This document shows positions 1 to 9,771 of a stretch of 64,000 bases of DNA, in pieces (positions within the stretch are counted from its first letter, which is position 1; each line of letters starts with the position of its first letter). The stretch is taken from the NCBI GenBank assembly GCA_016875535.1, contig VGPF01000002.1:73856-137855 (forward strand), written 5' to 3'. Below the pieces are notes generated by a model. It was given only the letters and a program-made list of their open reading frames with translations. It ran no database searches and was not told the origin of the DNA. The translations under genes and the position numbers were made by a program. This stretch comes from Chloroflexota bacterium. Lineage in GTDB: Bacteria; Chloroflexota; Dehalococcoidia; SHYB01.

Positions 1-535
1 CGGCAAGGGCAGCGCGCGTCTGGTCCGTCAGCTCGCGCACGGCGGCCGAGCCCGTGCCGGAGACGGCCTGGTAGGTGTCCACCACGATGCGCTTGATGGG
101 GCTTGCCTGGCGCAGGGCGTGGAGCACCATCGCCAGCGGCACGGTGGTGCAGTTGGGCGTGGAGACGATGCCGTGGTGGTTCTGCAGCTCGCTTGCGTTG
201 ATCTCCGGCACCACCAGCGGCACCTTGGGGTCGAGGCGGAAGGCCGAGCTATCGTCAATCGCCACTGCGCCCACCCGCGCGGCTGCGGGGCAGTAATCCA
301 CAGAGGCGGCCGTGGTGGCCGAGATGAAGGCGATGTCCGCGCCCAGGAAGGCCTTGGCGGGGTCCGTCTCCTCAACGGTGATCTCCTCACCCCGGAAACG
401 CAGCTTTTTGCCCGCCGAGCGCTGTGTGGCGTAGAGCCGCAGCTTCCGCATGGGAAACTTGCGCTGCTCCAGAACCTTGAGGAACTGCGCGCCGACTGCG
501 CCCGTAGCGCCGACCAGGGAAACGACAACACTCAT
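1..535 (-). CDS. asd: Aspartate-semialdehyde dehydrogenase (runs off the window start; not in the ORF track)
   Basis: Manual translation from ATG 535: MSVVVSLVGATGAVGAQFL...DDSSAFRL..VPLVVPEIN..STPNCTT..TYQAVSGTG; lies downstream of dapB. Confidence 0.95.
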   Translation of the reverse strand, partial: MSVVVSLVGATGAVGAQFLKVLEQRKFPMRKLRLYATQRSAGKKLRFRGEEITVEETDPAKAFLGADIAFISATTAASVDYCPAAARVGAVAIDDSSAFRLDPKVPLVVPEINASELQNHHGIVSTPNCTTVPLAMVLHALRQASPIKRIVVDTYQAVSGTGSAAVRELTDQTRAALA

Positions 536-544
536 CGCAAACTC

Positions 545-1342
545 CTAGAGACCGAGCAGGCGGTCCAAGCCGAATAGGAAGCCTTTGTTGGCGGCGACGT
601 GCTTCACGGCCAGCAGAACACCGGGCACGTAGCAATCGCGGTTGATGGTATCGTGGCGGATGGAGAGCGTCTGTCCCAGGTGGCCGAAGATGACCTCCTG
701 GTGGGCCATCGTCCCCGGCAGGCGCACGCTGTGGATCGTGACGCCGTCCAGCTGGCCGTCGCGGGTGTGCTGGATCGCCACTTTCTCCGGCGTATTGCGC
801 TTGAACGGCTTGCCCCTGGCGCGCGACATCATCTCCGCCGTCGTCTTCGCCGTCCCGGACGGCGCGTCAATCTTCGTCTCGTGGTGCGTCTCGATGATCT
901 CGGCATAGTCGAAGTGCTTGGCGGCAAGCTGGGCCAGGTGCATCATGACCACCGCGCCCAAGGCGAAGTTGGAGGCGGCCATGCCGCCCACCTTGTGCTT
1001 TGCCGAGATGGCCTCCAGCTCTTTCAGCGTCGCATCGGAGAGCCCCGTGGTGCCCACCACGAAGGAAACACCCTTTTGCGCGGCGGCGCGCACGGCGGGA
1101 AGCACCGCATCGGCGGTGGAGAAGTCCACCAGCACGGAGGCCTTCACCTTCCCCAGCAGCTCGTCCACGGAGCGGGCCAGAGGCAGCTCGCCGGGAAGGC
1201 CGGGGATCATGACCCGCTCGCTCTTGGCCATGACGTCAGCCCCGCCGACAACGGCGGTGTCAGGCCCTTTGCCGAGGCCGGCGCACATGGTCTGACCCAT
1301 CTTGCCGAGAGCGCCGTTGACGATGACAGTGACCGGGGACAT
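545..1342 (-). CDS. dapB: 4-hydroxy-tetrahydrodipicolinate reductase
   Basis: GALGKMG, VVGTTG, ETHHETKIDAPSGTA motifs; start at 1342 (AAGGA upstream) or 1351. Confidence 0.95.
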   Translation of the reverse strand: MSPVTVIVNGALGKMGQTMCAGLGKGPDTAVVGGADVMAKSERVMIPGLPGELPLARSVDELLGKVKASVLVDFSTADAVLPAVRAAAQKGVSFVVGTTGLSDATLKELEAISAKHKVGGMAASNFALGAVVMMHLAQLAAKHFDYAEIIETHHETKIDAPSGTAKTTAEMMSRARGKPFKRNTPEKVAIQHTRDGQLDGVTIHSVRLPGTMAHQEVIFGHLGQTLSIRHDTINRDCYVPGVLLAVKHVAANKGFLFGLDRLLGL

Positions 1343-1464
1343 GGGGAGCATTCCTTATGCGAATCGAGAGAACATTATAGCGCAAGAAAAGGGATCGAAA
1401 GGGGGTTGACGAAGGTGCTACTGTACCCCTGAGCATCACCACAGCCACGGCGGAGGAGGCCCCT

Positions 1465-2583
1465 ATGAGTTCCGCGGTCAGCACGGGAAAATACGGATTA
1501 CACACAGGCAAGCCGGAGATCAGGTCCATCGGCCCCATCGCCTTCGGCCCGGAAAGCATCCTCTTCGCGGCTGATAACTCCGGCGCGAAGATCTTCGCCT
1601 TCGATGTTCGCGATACGGATGTCGCCCATTTCACCCGCCCCGTCAACGTGGAGAATCTCGATACCCGGCTGGCCGCTTACCTCGGCTGCTCCCGGGACGA
1701 CCTCACCATCCGTGACGTGGCCGTCCACAAGGCCTCCCAGAACCTCTACCTCTCTGTCATGCGAGGGAGCGGCGCTTCCGCCATCCCCGTCCTGGTAAAG
1801 CTCACCGCCAACGGCGCCCTCTCCGCCGTCAGCTTCGAAAGCATCCCCTTCGCGCAAACGGCAGTGGAAAAGGCCCCTTCGGAAGACGACCCTCGCTTGG
1901 ATGGCCGCGTCGTGCCCGATTCCAGCAAGGAGGGCGAGTTGCGGGTCCTACCGGGAGGCAACCTGCGGCTGGCGCGGGAAAAGCTCCGCACCGTCACCGT
2001 GACCGACCTGGCCTATGTGGATGGCGTCCTCATCGTGGCAGGGGCTTGCAATGAGGAGTTCACCTCCGCCCTCCGCCGCATCCCCTTCCCCTTCAGCGGC
2101 AAGACGGAGATGCACACCGTTGAAATCTTTCACGTCTCCCACGGCAAGTATGAGACGGCTTCGCCCATCCGCAACTTTGTCCCCTTCGCCGGGAACAAGA
2201 GCATCCTCGCCAGCTACACCTGCACGCCCATCGTCCACATCCCGGTGAAGGACGTCGCACCCGGGGCGCAGATCAAGGGCAAGACCGTGGCCGAGCTCGG
2301 CGCGCGCAACACCCCGCTCGATATGGTCTCCTACAAGCTGAACGGCGAAGAGTTCCTCCTCGTCTCCAACGCCCGCCACCCGCTCATGAAGATCGCGGGC
2401 AAGGACGTGGAGCGCCAGGAGGCGCTCACCCAGCCCAAGGAGCCCCTGGGCGTGCCGCGCAAGGACCTGCCGCATCAGGGCGTCACCCGCATGGCGAACC
2501 TGGATTCCGGGCATGTGGTGATGCTGCAGCAGGAGGCCTCCGGAAGCATCCACCTGCGCACCTACCGCGCCGCAGACCTTTGA
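1465..2583 (+). CDS. Hypothetical protein (beta-rich, possible propeller fold)
   Basis: 372-aa ORF with GGAGGAGG RBS and coding-like codon usage; GPIAFGP, HVSHGKYET and YTCTP segments. Confidence 0.8.
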   Translation: MSSAVSTGKYGLHTGKPEIRSIGPIAFGPESILFAADNSGAKIFAFDVRDTDVAHFTRPVNVENLDTRLAAYLGCSRDDLTIRDVAVHKASQNLYLSVMRGSGASAIPVLVKLTANGALSAVSFESIPFAQTAVEKAPSEDDPRLDGRVVPDSSKEGELRVLPGGNLRLAREKLRTVTVTDLAYVDGVLIVAGACNEEFTSALRRIPFPFSGKTEMHTVEIFHVSHGKYETASPIRNFVPFAGNKSILASYTCTPIVHIPVKDVAPGAQIKGKTVAELGARNTPLDMVSYKLNGEEFLLVSNARHPLMKIAGKDVERQEALTQPKEPLGVPRKDLPHQGVTRMANLDSGHVVMLQQEASGSIHLRTYRAADL

Positions 2584-3668
2584 GCGAGCCGCGCGCCCTT
2601 CAGCTAGCCTGGTCGGAGCGCGAAGGCCTCGTCTCTCTTGAGGTGCGCGGCTGGACGGCCGAGGAGCTGCGCGCCTTCCAGCGCGGCGGCGACGATGACC
2701 TGAGCCATCGCCTCGCCATCCTGCCCTCTGAACTCGTCGCCGCCATGGCATCCTTCGGCTCCCTCCAGCCCCTCGCGGGCCGCTTCGCCATCATCGGCGA
2801 TAGCCTGCGCTTCACCCCGCGCTTCCCCTTCCTGGATGGCCTGAGCTACTCCCTCCTCGTCCGCCGGGAAAGCGGCCCCGGCTTTGAAGAGTGGCGCATC
2901 CGGCGTCCAGCCCCCAGCGGCGCGCCCACAACCCGTGTTCTTGCCATCTACCCCACCGCTGAAGAAGTGCCCTTTAACCTGCTTAAGTTCTATATCCACT
3001 TCTCTAACCCTATGAGCGAGGGGAAGGCCCTCCGCTCCGTCCATGTCCGCCGCGCGGACACCGGGACGACGCTGGAAGACGTCTTTGTCGTCATGGACGA
3101 GCTATGGGACCCTGAGCGCCGCCGCCTCACCCTCCTCCTGGACCCCGGCCGCATCAAGCGCGGCCTCGCCCCGCATGAAGAGTCGGGCTACCCATTAATC
3201 GAAGGCGTTCCCATCACATTGGCTATAGACACATCCTTCCGGGATGCCTCCGGCATGCCTCTCCAGGCGGCGGCGGAGCGAGGCTACGCCGTGGGCGCGG
3301 CCCTTCGCCTCCGTGTTGACCCCAAGGCCTGGCGCATCCGCCCGCCAAAGGCCGGTTCCAAGGAAGCCCTCGTCGTGGACTTCGATCGCCCGCTCGACCA
3401 CGCCCTCCTTCAGCACTGCCTCTGGGTGCGCGATGGCGCCGGGAAGAGCCTCCCCGGTCACAGCGCCATCGGCCCGCGCGAACAGTCCTGGCGCTTTGAG
3501 CCGGAACGTCCATGGGCAAAAGGCCGCTACACGCTTGTGGTAGACCCACGACTGGAAGACCTGGCGGGCAACTCCCTCACGCGCCTCTTTGACCGCGACC
3601 TCGAGCGCGCCGAGGATGCCCCGGCCGATACGCGGCTCATCGAAATACCGTTCACCTGCGGCCTCTAG
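2580..3668 (+). CDS. Hypothetical protein with probable Ig-like domains
   Basis: Overlaps the upstream stop (TTGA); FYIHFSNPM, FDRPLD and LEDLAGN segments typical of Ig-like modules. Confidence 0.75.
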   Translation: MSEPRALQLAWSEREGLVSLEVRGWTAEELRAFQRGGDDDLSHRLAILPSELVAAMASFGSLQPLAGRFAIIGDSLRFTPRFPFLDGLSYSLLVRRESGPGFEEWRIRRPAPSGAPTTRVLAIYPTAEEVPFNLLKFYIHFSNPMSEGKALRSVHVRRADTGTTLEDVFVVMDELWDPERRRLTLLLDPGRIKRGLAPHEESGYPLIEGVPITLAIDTSFRDASGMPLQAAAERGYAVGAALRLRVDPKAWRIRPPKAGSKEALVVDFDRPLDHALLQHCLWVRDGAGKSLPGHSAIGPREQSWRFEPERPWAKGRYTLVVDPRLEDLAGNSLTRLFDRDLERAEDAPADTRLIEIPFTCGL

Positions 3669-3689
3669 CCTCAGGATCCGCAGCCAAAG

Positions 3690-3719
3690 AAAAGGCCCCC
3701 GAGAACCGGGGGCCTTTTT
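3690..3719. terminator. Bidirectional intrinsic terminator
   Basis: AAAAGGCCCCCG-loop-CGGGGGCCTTTTT between convergent genes. Confidence 0.9.
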
Positions 3720-3728
3720 GCACTCTCT

Positions 3729-5990
3729 TTAGCGGGGGCCTCTATCGCGGAAGGGAGGCCTGCCGCCGCCATCGCCGCGCGGCGGGCCGCGGGGGCCGCG
3801 ATCCCCGTAGGGGCGCGGGCCGCGGTCACCGTAGGGCCTGGGCCCGCGGTCTTCCCGCGGGCCGCGATCCTCGCGGGGGCCGCCGTCGCTCACGCGCGCG
3901 CCGGAGCTTTGGAGGCCTTCTGAAAGGGCGCGCTTCGATAGGTTGATGCGCCCCATCCGGTCAATCTCCGTCACCATCACCGTGATCTCGTCGCCCACCT
4001 TCACCACATCTTCCACGCGGTTGACCCGCTCGGTGGAAAGCTCGCTCACGTGGACCAAGCCCTCCTTGCCGGGCAGGATCTCCACGAATGCGCCGAAGGT
4101 CATGATGCGCGTCACCTTGCCGGTGTAGATCGTGCCGACCTCCACCTCGCGGGTGAGCCCTTGGATGATCTCGATGGCCTTGCGCGTCCCCTCTTCCGTC
4201 GGCGAGCCGATGAAGACGGTGCCGTCGTCCTCGATGTCCACGGATGCGCCCGTCTGCTCGATGATGGAGCGGATCATCTTGCCGCCTGGGCCGATGACCG
4301 CGCCGATCTTCTCCGGGTTGATGCTGATGCGCGTCATGCGCGGCGCGTACTTGCTCATCTCCGTGCGCGGCTGGGCGATGGCCTCATGCATCTTGCCCAG
4401 GATGAACATCCGGGCCTCATGGGCCTGGGCCAGAGCCTCCGTCATGATGCCCATGGTCAGGCCCTTGATCTTGATATCCATCTGCAGCGCCGTGACGCCC
4501 TTGGCCGTGCCGGCCACCTTGAAGTCCATATCGCCCAGGTGGTCTTCGATGCCCTGGATGTCCGTCAGCACCTTGTACTTCTCGCCCTCCTTGATGAGCC
4601 CCATGGCGATGCCCGCCACAGGCGCCTTGATGGGCACGCCGGCGTCCATCAAGGAAAGGGTGCTGCCGCAGACGCTCGCCATGGAGGTGCTGCCGTTGGA
4701 GCTGAGCACCTCGGAGACGAGGCGGATGGTGTAGGGAAACTCCTCTTCGTTCGGGATCACCGCCAGCAGGGCGCGCTCGGCCAGCGCCCCGTGGCCGATC
4801 TCGCGGCGGCCGGAGCCGCCGATGCGCTTCGCCTCACCAGTCGAAAAGGGCGGCATGTTGTAATGGTGGAGGTAGCGCTTCTCCTCCTCCACGCCGATGC
4901 TGTCCAGCTTCTGCTTCTCGCCGATGGAGCCGAGCGTGGTGATGGTCAGCACCTGCGTCTGGCCCCGGCTGAAGAGTCCGGAGCCGTGGGTGCGCGGCAG
5001 GAGCCCCACCTTGCAGGAGATGGGCCGTATCTCCTTGGTGTTCCGGCCGTCGGGCCGGAGGCCGCGCTCCAGGATGGAGCGGCGGACCGCCGTCTTTTCT
5101 TGCTCGTCTACGGCCTCGTCAATCAGCTCCGACGGGAACTGGTCGCCGATCTTGGCCTTGATATCGGCCTTCAGATCAGCCAGGCCCCGCATCTCCTCCT
5201 GCTTGGTCACCGGCTTGAACATGAAGGTGTCCAGCCGGTTGCCGAAGTGCCCCGCCACCATGCGCTGGAGCTCTTCGGGAGCGGTCTTTTCTTCCCCAAA
5301 GGCGAACTTGGCCCTGCCGATCGCCTTGGACATCTCTTCGATGAGCTCGATGATTTCCTTGTTCACGATCTGGGCCATCTTCAGAGCCTGGAGCAGGATC
5401 TCCTCGGAGACCTCCTTCGCCCCGGCCTCCACCATCACAATGGCGTCCTTGGTCCCGGCCACCACGATGTCCAGCAGGCTGTTCTCCAGCTGCTGGTAGG
5501 TGGGGTTCACCACAAGCTGGTGGTTCACATAGCCGATGCGCACGCCGCTCACGGGCCCGTGGAACGGGATGTCCGAGATGGAGAGCGCGGCCGAGGCGCC
5601 GATGATCGCCAGGATGTCCGGGTCGTTCTCCTGGTCGGCGGAGAGGGTGGTGATGATGATCTGGACATCGTTCCGCAGGCCCTTGGGGAAGAGTGGGCGG
5701 AGCGGGCGGTCCACCAAGCGCATCGTCAGGATGGCGTCTTGGGTGGGGCGGCCCTCCCGGCGGAAGAAGCTGCCGGGGATCTTCCCGGCGGCGTAGAGGC
5801 GCTCTTCATAGTCCACCGTCAGCGGGAGGAAGTCTATCCCGGGGCGCGGCTGGACGGAGGCGACTGCGGTGACCAGGAGGATGGTATCGCCGTAGCGGAC
5901 GGTCACTGCGCCGTTGGCCTGGCCTGCAAGAGAGCCTGATTCGATCTGGAGAATCTTACCTGCGATTTCACGTTCAAAAACACGAGACAT
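3729..5990 (-). CDS. pnp: Polyribonucleotide nucleotidyltransferase (PNPase)
   Basis: Two RNase PH domains, SNGSTSMASVC, EDHLGDMDFKVAG, KH and S1 domains; downstream of rpsO. Confidence 0.99.
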   Translation of the reverse strand: MSRVFEREIAGKILQIESGSLAGQANGAVTVRYGDTILLVTAVASVQPRPGIDFLPLTVDYEERLYAAGKIPGSFFRREGRPTQDAILTMRLVDRPLRPLFPKGLRNDVQIIITTLSADQENDPDILAIIGASAALSISDIPFHGPVSGVRIGYVNHQLVVNPTYQQLENSLLDIVVAGTKDAIVMVEAGAKEVSEEILLQALKMAQIVNKEIIELIEEMSKAIGRAKFAFGEEKTAPEELQRMVAGHFGNRLDTFMFKPVTKQEEMRGLADLKADIKAKIGDQFPSELIDEAVDEQEKTAVRRSILERGLRPDGRNTKEIRPISCKVGLLPRTHGSGLFSRGQTQVLTITTLGSIGEKQKLDSIGVEEEKRYLHHYNMPPFSTGEAKRIGGSGRREIGHGALAERALLAVIPNEEEFPYTIRLVSEVLSSNGSTSMASVCGSTLSLMDAGVPIKAPVAGIAMGLIKEGEKYKVLTDIQGIEDHLGDMDFKVAGTAKGVTALQMDIKIKGLTMGIMTEALAQAHEARMFILGKMHEAIAQPRTEMSKYAPRMTRISINPEKIGAVIGPGGKMIRSIIEQTGASVDIEDDGTVFIGSPTEEGTRKAIEIIQGLTREVEVGTIYTGKVTRIMTFGAFVEILPGKEGLVHVSELSTERVNRVEDVVKVGDEITVMVTEIDRMGRINLSKRALSEGLQSSGARVSDGGPREDRGPREDRGPRPYGDRGPRPYGDRGPRGPPRGDGGGRPPFRDRGPR

Positions 5991-6047
5991 TGGGCAAAAC
6001 CTTTCTTGTGCGGGGAGCCGAGGGGGAGAGGACGGTGGGAGAAAGCG

Positions 6048-6076
6048 AAAGACCTCGCGCGATGGCGAGGTCTTTG
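6048..6076 (-). terminator. Hairpin/terminator between rpsO and pnp
   Basis: AAAGACCTCGC...GCGAGGTCTTT inverted repeat right after the rpsO stop. Confidence 0.7.
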
Positions 6077-6077
6077 T

Positions 6078-6341
6078 CTACTTCCGAAGGCCCAACTGCT
6101 GCACTACCGACCGATACTTATCTACATCGCTTCGGTGGAGATAGCTCAGCAACCGACGGCGCTGTCCCACAAGCGTGAAGAGACCGCGTCTGGAGATCTG
6201 GTCCTTCTTGTGGTCGCGGAGGTGCTCGGTGATCTGATTGATCCGGTGCGTCAGTAACGCGACCTGAACCTCTGTAGAACCCGTATCCTTCGCCTGCTTC
6301 TGGAACTGGGAGATGACTGCTGTCTTCTTTTCCTTATCCAA
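6078..6341 (-). CDS. rpsO: 30S ribosomal protein S15
   Basis: [30 protein letters not shown]. Confidence 0.99.
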   Translation of the reverse strand: MDKEKKTAVISQFQKQAKDTGSTEVQVALLTHRINQITEHLRDHKKDQISRRGLFTLVGQRRRLLSYLHRSDVDKYRSVVQQLGLRK

Positions 6342-6387
6342 CGACCCCGCACCTTTTACTTTCTTCTATGTTTTTATTTTCGAAGGC

Positions 6388-6416
6388 ATTATAGCATGCG
6401 CCCTTGGACGTGCCAA
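6388..6416 (-). promoter_or_regulatory. Sigma70-type promoter of rpsO
   Basis: TTGGCA-N17-TATAAT with TGn extension. Confidence 0.8.
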
Positions 6417-6456
6417 ACAGGCGATGGCGCAGCGCTGGAAATGCCCCAGGAACGCG

Positions 6457-6903
6457 CTACCCGATCCTGCCTGACCCGCGCTTCTTTACGTCAAGCACCA
6501 CAAGCGTCTCCGTCTTTCGGATGCCCGGCACCTTGGAAAGATAGCTCTCCAGGAAGGTGCGCAGGTCCTCCAGCGTGTGCACAAGGACAAAGCAGATAAG
6601 GTCGTAGCGCCCAGTGGAGACGGCCAGGTACTGCACCTCTTCCCTATCCTCGAGCGACTTCGCCGTGTCCTCAAGCTGGTCGGGCTGCACGTCTATGCCG
6701 ATGAGCGCCGAGGTGTTCAGGCCGAACTTGTTCGGGTTGGGCACGGCGCGGATGGCGAGCGTCCCATCCTCCACCAGCATACGGATGCGCCGGCGGATCG
6801 TCGCCTCGCTCACGCCGATGTCCCGGGCGATGGCGGCATTGGACTGGCGGGCATCCTCTTGAAGGAGACTGATAATCTTGCGATCGGTCTCGTCAATCTT
6901 CAT
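6457..6903 (-). CDS. Lrp/AsnC family transcriptional regulator
   Basis: IDETDRKIISLLQEDARQSNAAIA..IGVSEATIRRRI HTH plus C-terminal RAM domain; AAGGAG RBS. Confidence 0.95.
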   Translation of the reverse strand: MKIDETDRKIISLLQEDARQSNAAIARDIGVSEATIRRRIRMLVEDGTLAIRAVPNPNKFGLNTSALIGIDVQPDQLEDTAKSLEDREEVQYLAVSTGRYDLICFVLVHTLEDLRTFLESYLSKVPGIRKTETLVVLDVKKRGSGRIG

Positions 6904-7152
6904 TGAGCGACTCCTTTAGACGTGCATATTCGAGGCAAAGGCAAACCTCTTGGGGGGGAAAGGAGAACGACGAATATTTAATCAGGACGGCCTGATTTCG
7001 TCAATATTCGTCATGGCTGGAGCGGGTAATTCGTTGCGTATTCCATCTGAAGAGCCGGGATTCCAGGCGGCTTCGGGCACAGCGACTGGAATGCCACTCC
7101 CCAGACAAGGCGATAGAAAGCGTAATGCCAGCGCTCGGGAGCGCCGAAACGG

Positions 7153-9639
7153 CTATGCGCCCGGCCTCGCCGAGCCGTTTTCCTTTGCCTGCTCGCTCTG
7201 ACCTGTCGCCCCTGCCGCCTTGGCCGCTGCAGCCTGCGCCTTCGCGAACTCCTCCAGACGCTTCTCCACCAAATGATTGATGGTGCCTTCCGGGAAGTTG
7301 CCCTGCCCATCGCGCTCGCCAAAGGGAAGACCAGTCAAGAGCTCAACCCCCTCGGCGATTGTGCCGACGGCATAGATGTGGAACTGGCCTTGCGCCGCCG
7401 CCTCCACCAAATCCTCCCGCAACATCAAGTTGCGAACGTTCTGCTTGGGAATCATCACGCCCTGCTTGCCTGTGAGGCCGATAGCCTTGCAGACGTCAAA
7501 GTGCCCCTCTACCTTCTGGTTCACGCCGCCGATGGGCTGGACCTCCCCCTTTTGGTTCACGGAGCCGGTGACGGCGATGCCCTGCTTGAGCGGAACGCCG
7601 GAGAGGCTTGAGAGGATGGCGTAGATCTCCGTGGAAGAGGCGCTATCGCCGTCAATCCCCTCATACGATTGCTCAAAGCTCACCGTGGCAGAGATGGAGA
7701 GGGGGCGCTTCTGGGCATACATCCATCCCAGGTAGCCGCTGATCGTCAGCAGCCCCTTATCGAACGTCTTGCCGCTCATCTTAGCTTCCCGGTCTATGCT
7801 GATGACACCGCCGCGCCCAAGGAAGGTCTTTGCCGTGATGCGGCTGGGCTTGCCGAAGGAAACATCGCCCAGGTCAAAGACGGCCAGCCCGTTCACCTGG
7901 CCCACCTCGCTGTTCGTCACATCCACCATCAGCGTCCCTTCCTGGATCAGTTCCTGGATGCGCTCAGACACCAGGTTGGATCGGAAGATCTTCTGCTCCA
8001 GCGCCTTCTGGACGTGCGCAGCCTTCACCACGTCCGCGTTGTCCTTGCGCGCCCAGAAATCGGCCTCGATCAGCACATCCAGCAGGAGGCCGAAGCGCGT
8101 CGAAAGTTTGGTCTGGTCGGAGACGATGCGCGCCGCATACTCCACCACCTTCGCCACTCCCGAGGAATCAAGGTGCTTCAACTTGTTCTTCTCGCAGGCG
8201 CTGCAGATAAAACCGGCGTAGGCATCTAAGTTGTTCAGCGTGCGCGGGATCTGGTAGTCAAAGTCCGCCCTGACCTTGAAGGTCTCCCAAAAGTCTTCGT
8301 CGTACGCGGCAAGCAGGTGATAGAGCGAGGCATCCCCCGTCACCACTACCTTCACCTCAAGGGGCATCGGCTCCGGGCGGAGGGTCTGCGGCGCGATGAG
8401 CCCCATCGCATCCATGGGGTCCTCCAAGCGCACCTCCTTATTCTTCACCACGCGCTTGAAGGCCTCCCACACCAGCGGCGCCATCAGCACCTGGCGCATG
8501 TTGAGCACCAGGTAGCCGCCGTTCGCCTGGTGGAAGGCCCCCGGCTTGATAAGCGTGTGGTCGGTCACATAGGCGCCCATCAGGAACTTGCGGTCTATCC
8601 TGCCGAAGAGGTTGGCGTATGTGGGGTTGCTCTCTGAGACAATCGGCGGCCCCTTGGAGGCAGAGTTATCCACAAAGACGTTGACCACGAAGGGGACGAG
8701 CAGCTCCCGCTCCCGGGCGGCTCGCGCCGCCTCCAGCATGGGCGAGGAGGGCTGGCCGTCCTGCCCATCGCGGATGACGTCCATGTGGGAAAGGACGAAC
8801 TCCCGCAGGCGTTTGAGAAAGTCGCCCACCTCTTCATACTGGCCGAACTCCTTCTCCACCTCTTTGAAGGAGCCTGAAGTGGAAAACTCCGCCACCTTCC
8901 GGTCAAGCTCTTCCAGCCTGGCTCCCGCATCGCGCTCCACCTGCTGGGCGCCCTCCAGCGTCTGCTGCACAAGCCCGCTCAACGACCTGCGTCGCTCGTC
9001 CAGGGCGCGCTTCAGTTCGTCCGGGAACTGGGCGAACTCCTCTGGAGTCGCGGGGCGCCCCTCCTTCGTCATCGGCACCAGCGCGATGCCCATCGGCGTC
9101 AGCTGAACGGTGAAGCCCTTCGCCCGCGCCTCCCGGTCAAGCTCCTGAAAGAGGCGGCGCTGGTTCGTCTGCCCGCCCTCAAGCGTCGCCCGCCGCTCCG
9201 CCTGGTACTCCTCGCTGGAGAAGGCGGCGGCGGCGTGCTTCCGCAGGTCGTCTTCCAACTGCTCGAGCTTTGCCTTGAACTCGCGGCCCTTGCCCGCAGG
9301 CAGCTTCACGATGTTCGGCTTGTCAGTGTCTGCAAAGTTGAAGAGGTAGCACCAGTCCGGAGGAGAAGCCGCCGTCCCTGCCGCAATCTTCTTGGCCACC
9401 ACGTCCTCTAAGTGCTGCTTCACGATGGTGGACTTGCCCGTCCCCCCCAGGCCGGTGACAAAGATGTTGTACCCGGGCTGCTCCACCCCCAACCCGAACT
9501 CGATGGCGCCGATCGCCCGCACCTGCCCCACGAACTCCTGCAGCGGCACCAGCTCGTCCGTGCAGCGGAAGGAAAAGGCCTTCTGGTCGCAGCGCCACCG
9601 CAGCTTGTCAGGCGTCAGCTCCAGGTGGTGACCTTCCAT
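7153..9639 (-). CDS. Lon-like (LonC/YcbZ-type) ATP-binding protease
   Basis: Walker A GLGGTGKS, coiled-coil insertion, GQVNGL, GDSASS catalytic Ser, PIGGVNQK catalytic Lys. Confidence 0.92.
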   Translation of the reverse strand: MEGHHLELTPDKLRWRCDQKAFSFRCTDELVPLQEFVGQVRAIGAIEFGLGVEQPGYNIFVTGLGGTGKSTIVKQHLEDVVAKKIAAGTAASPPDWCYLFNFADTDKPNIVKLPAGKGREFKAKLEQLEDDLRKHAAAAFSSEEYQAERRATLEGGQTNQRRLFQELDREARAKGFTVQLTPMGIALVPMTKEGRPATPEEFAQFPDELKRALDERRRSLSGLVQQTLEGAQQVERDAGARLEELDRKVAEFSTSGSFKEVEKEFGQYEEVGDFLKRLREFVLSHMDVIRDGQDGQPSSPMLEAARAARERELLVPFVVNVFVDNSASKGPPIVSESNPTYANLFGRIDRKFLMGAYVTDHTLIKPGAFHQANGGYLVLNMRQVLMAPLVWEAFKRVVKNKEVRLEDPMDAMGLIAPQTLRPEPMPLEVKVVVTGDASLYHLLAAYDEDFWETFKVRADFDYQIPRTLNNLDAYAGFICSACEKNKLKHLDSSGVAKVVEYAARIVSDQTKLSTRFGLLLDVLIEADFWARKDNADVVKAAHVQKALEQKIFRSNLVSERIQELIQEGTLMVDVTNSEVGQVNGLAVFDLGDVSFGKPSRITAKTFLGRGGVISIDREAKMSGKTFDKGLLTISGYLGWMYAQKRPLSISATVSFEQSYEGIDGDSASSTEIYAILSSLSGVPLKQGIAVTGSVNQKGEVQPIGGVNQKVEGHFDVCKAIGLTGKQGVMIPKQNVRNLMLREDLVEAAAQGQFHIYAVGTIAEGVELLTGLPFGERDGQGNFPEGTINHLVEKRLEEFAKAQAAAAKAAGATGQSEQAKENGSARPGA

Positions 9640-9771
9640 AGCGCTCCTTTCGGCGGCCGCCGAAGGCGGGGGCCTTGCCGTCAGTCAATCATAGTTACGC
9701 CTTATACCTGTTGCAAGGGAAATAGCCGTGTGCCACAATGGGTCGCCCCAGGCTTCTATCAGGAGAAAACG

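Noticed and set aside
4050..5939. 629-aa plus-strand ORF, and similar long antisense ORFs at 9961-11331, 37869-39308 and 41741-43246
   Set aside because: Shadow ORFs opposite well-supported genes; expected from high GC3 and lacking family motifs
9412..9771. ORF-track N-terminal extensions (CoA-transferase here; also O-methyltransferase, ABC ATPase, folD, clpC, def)
   Set aside because: They overlap neighbours or promoters; RBS position and domain starts support the shorter starts given
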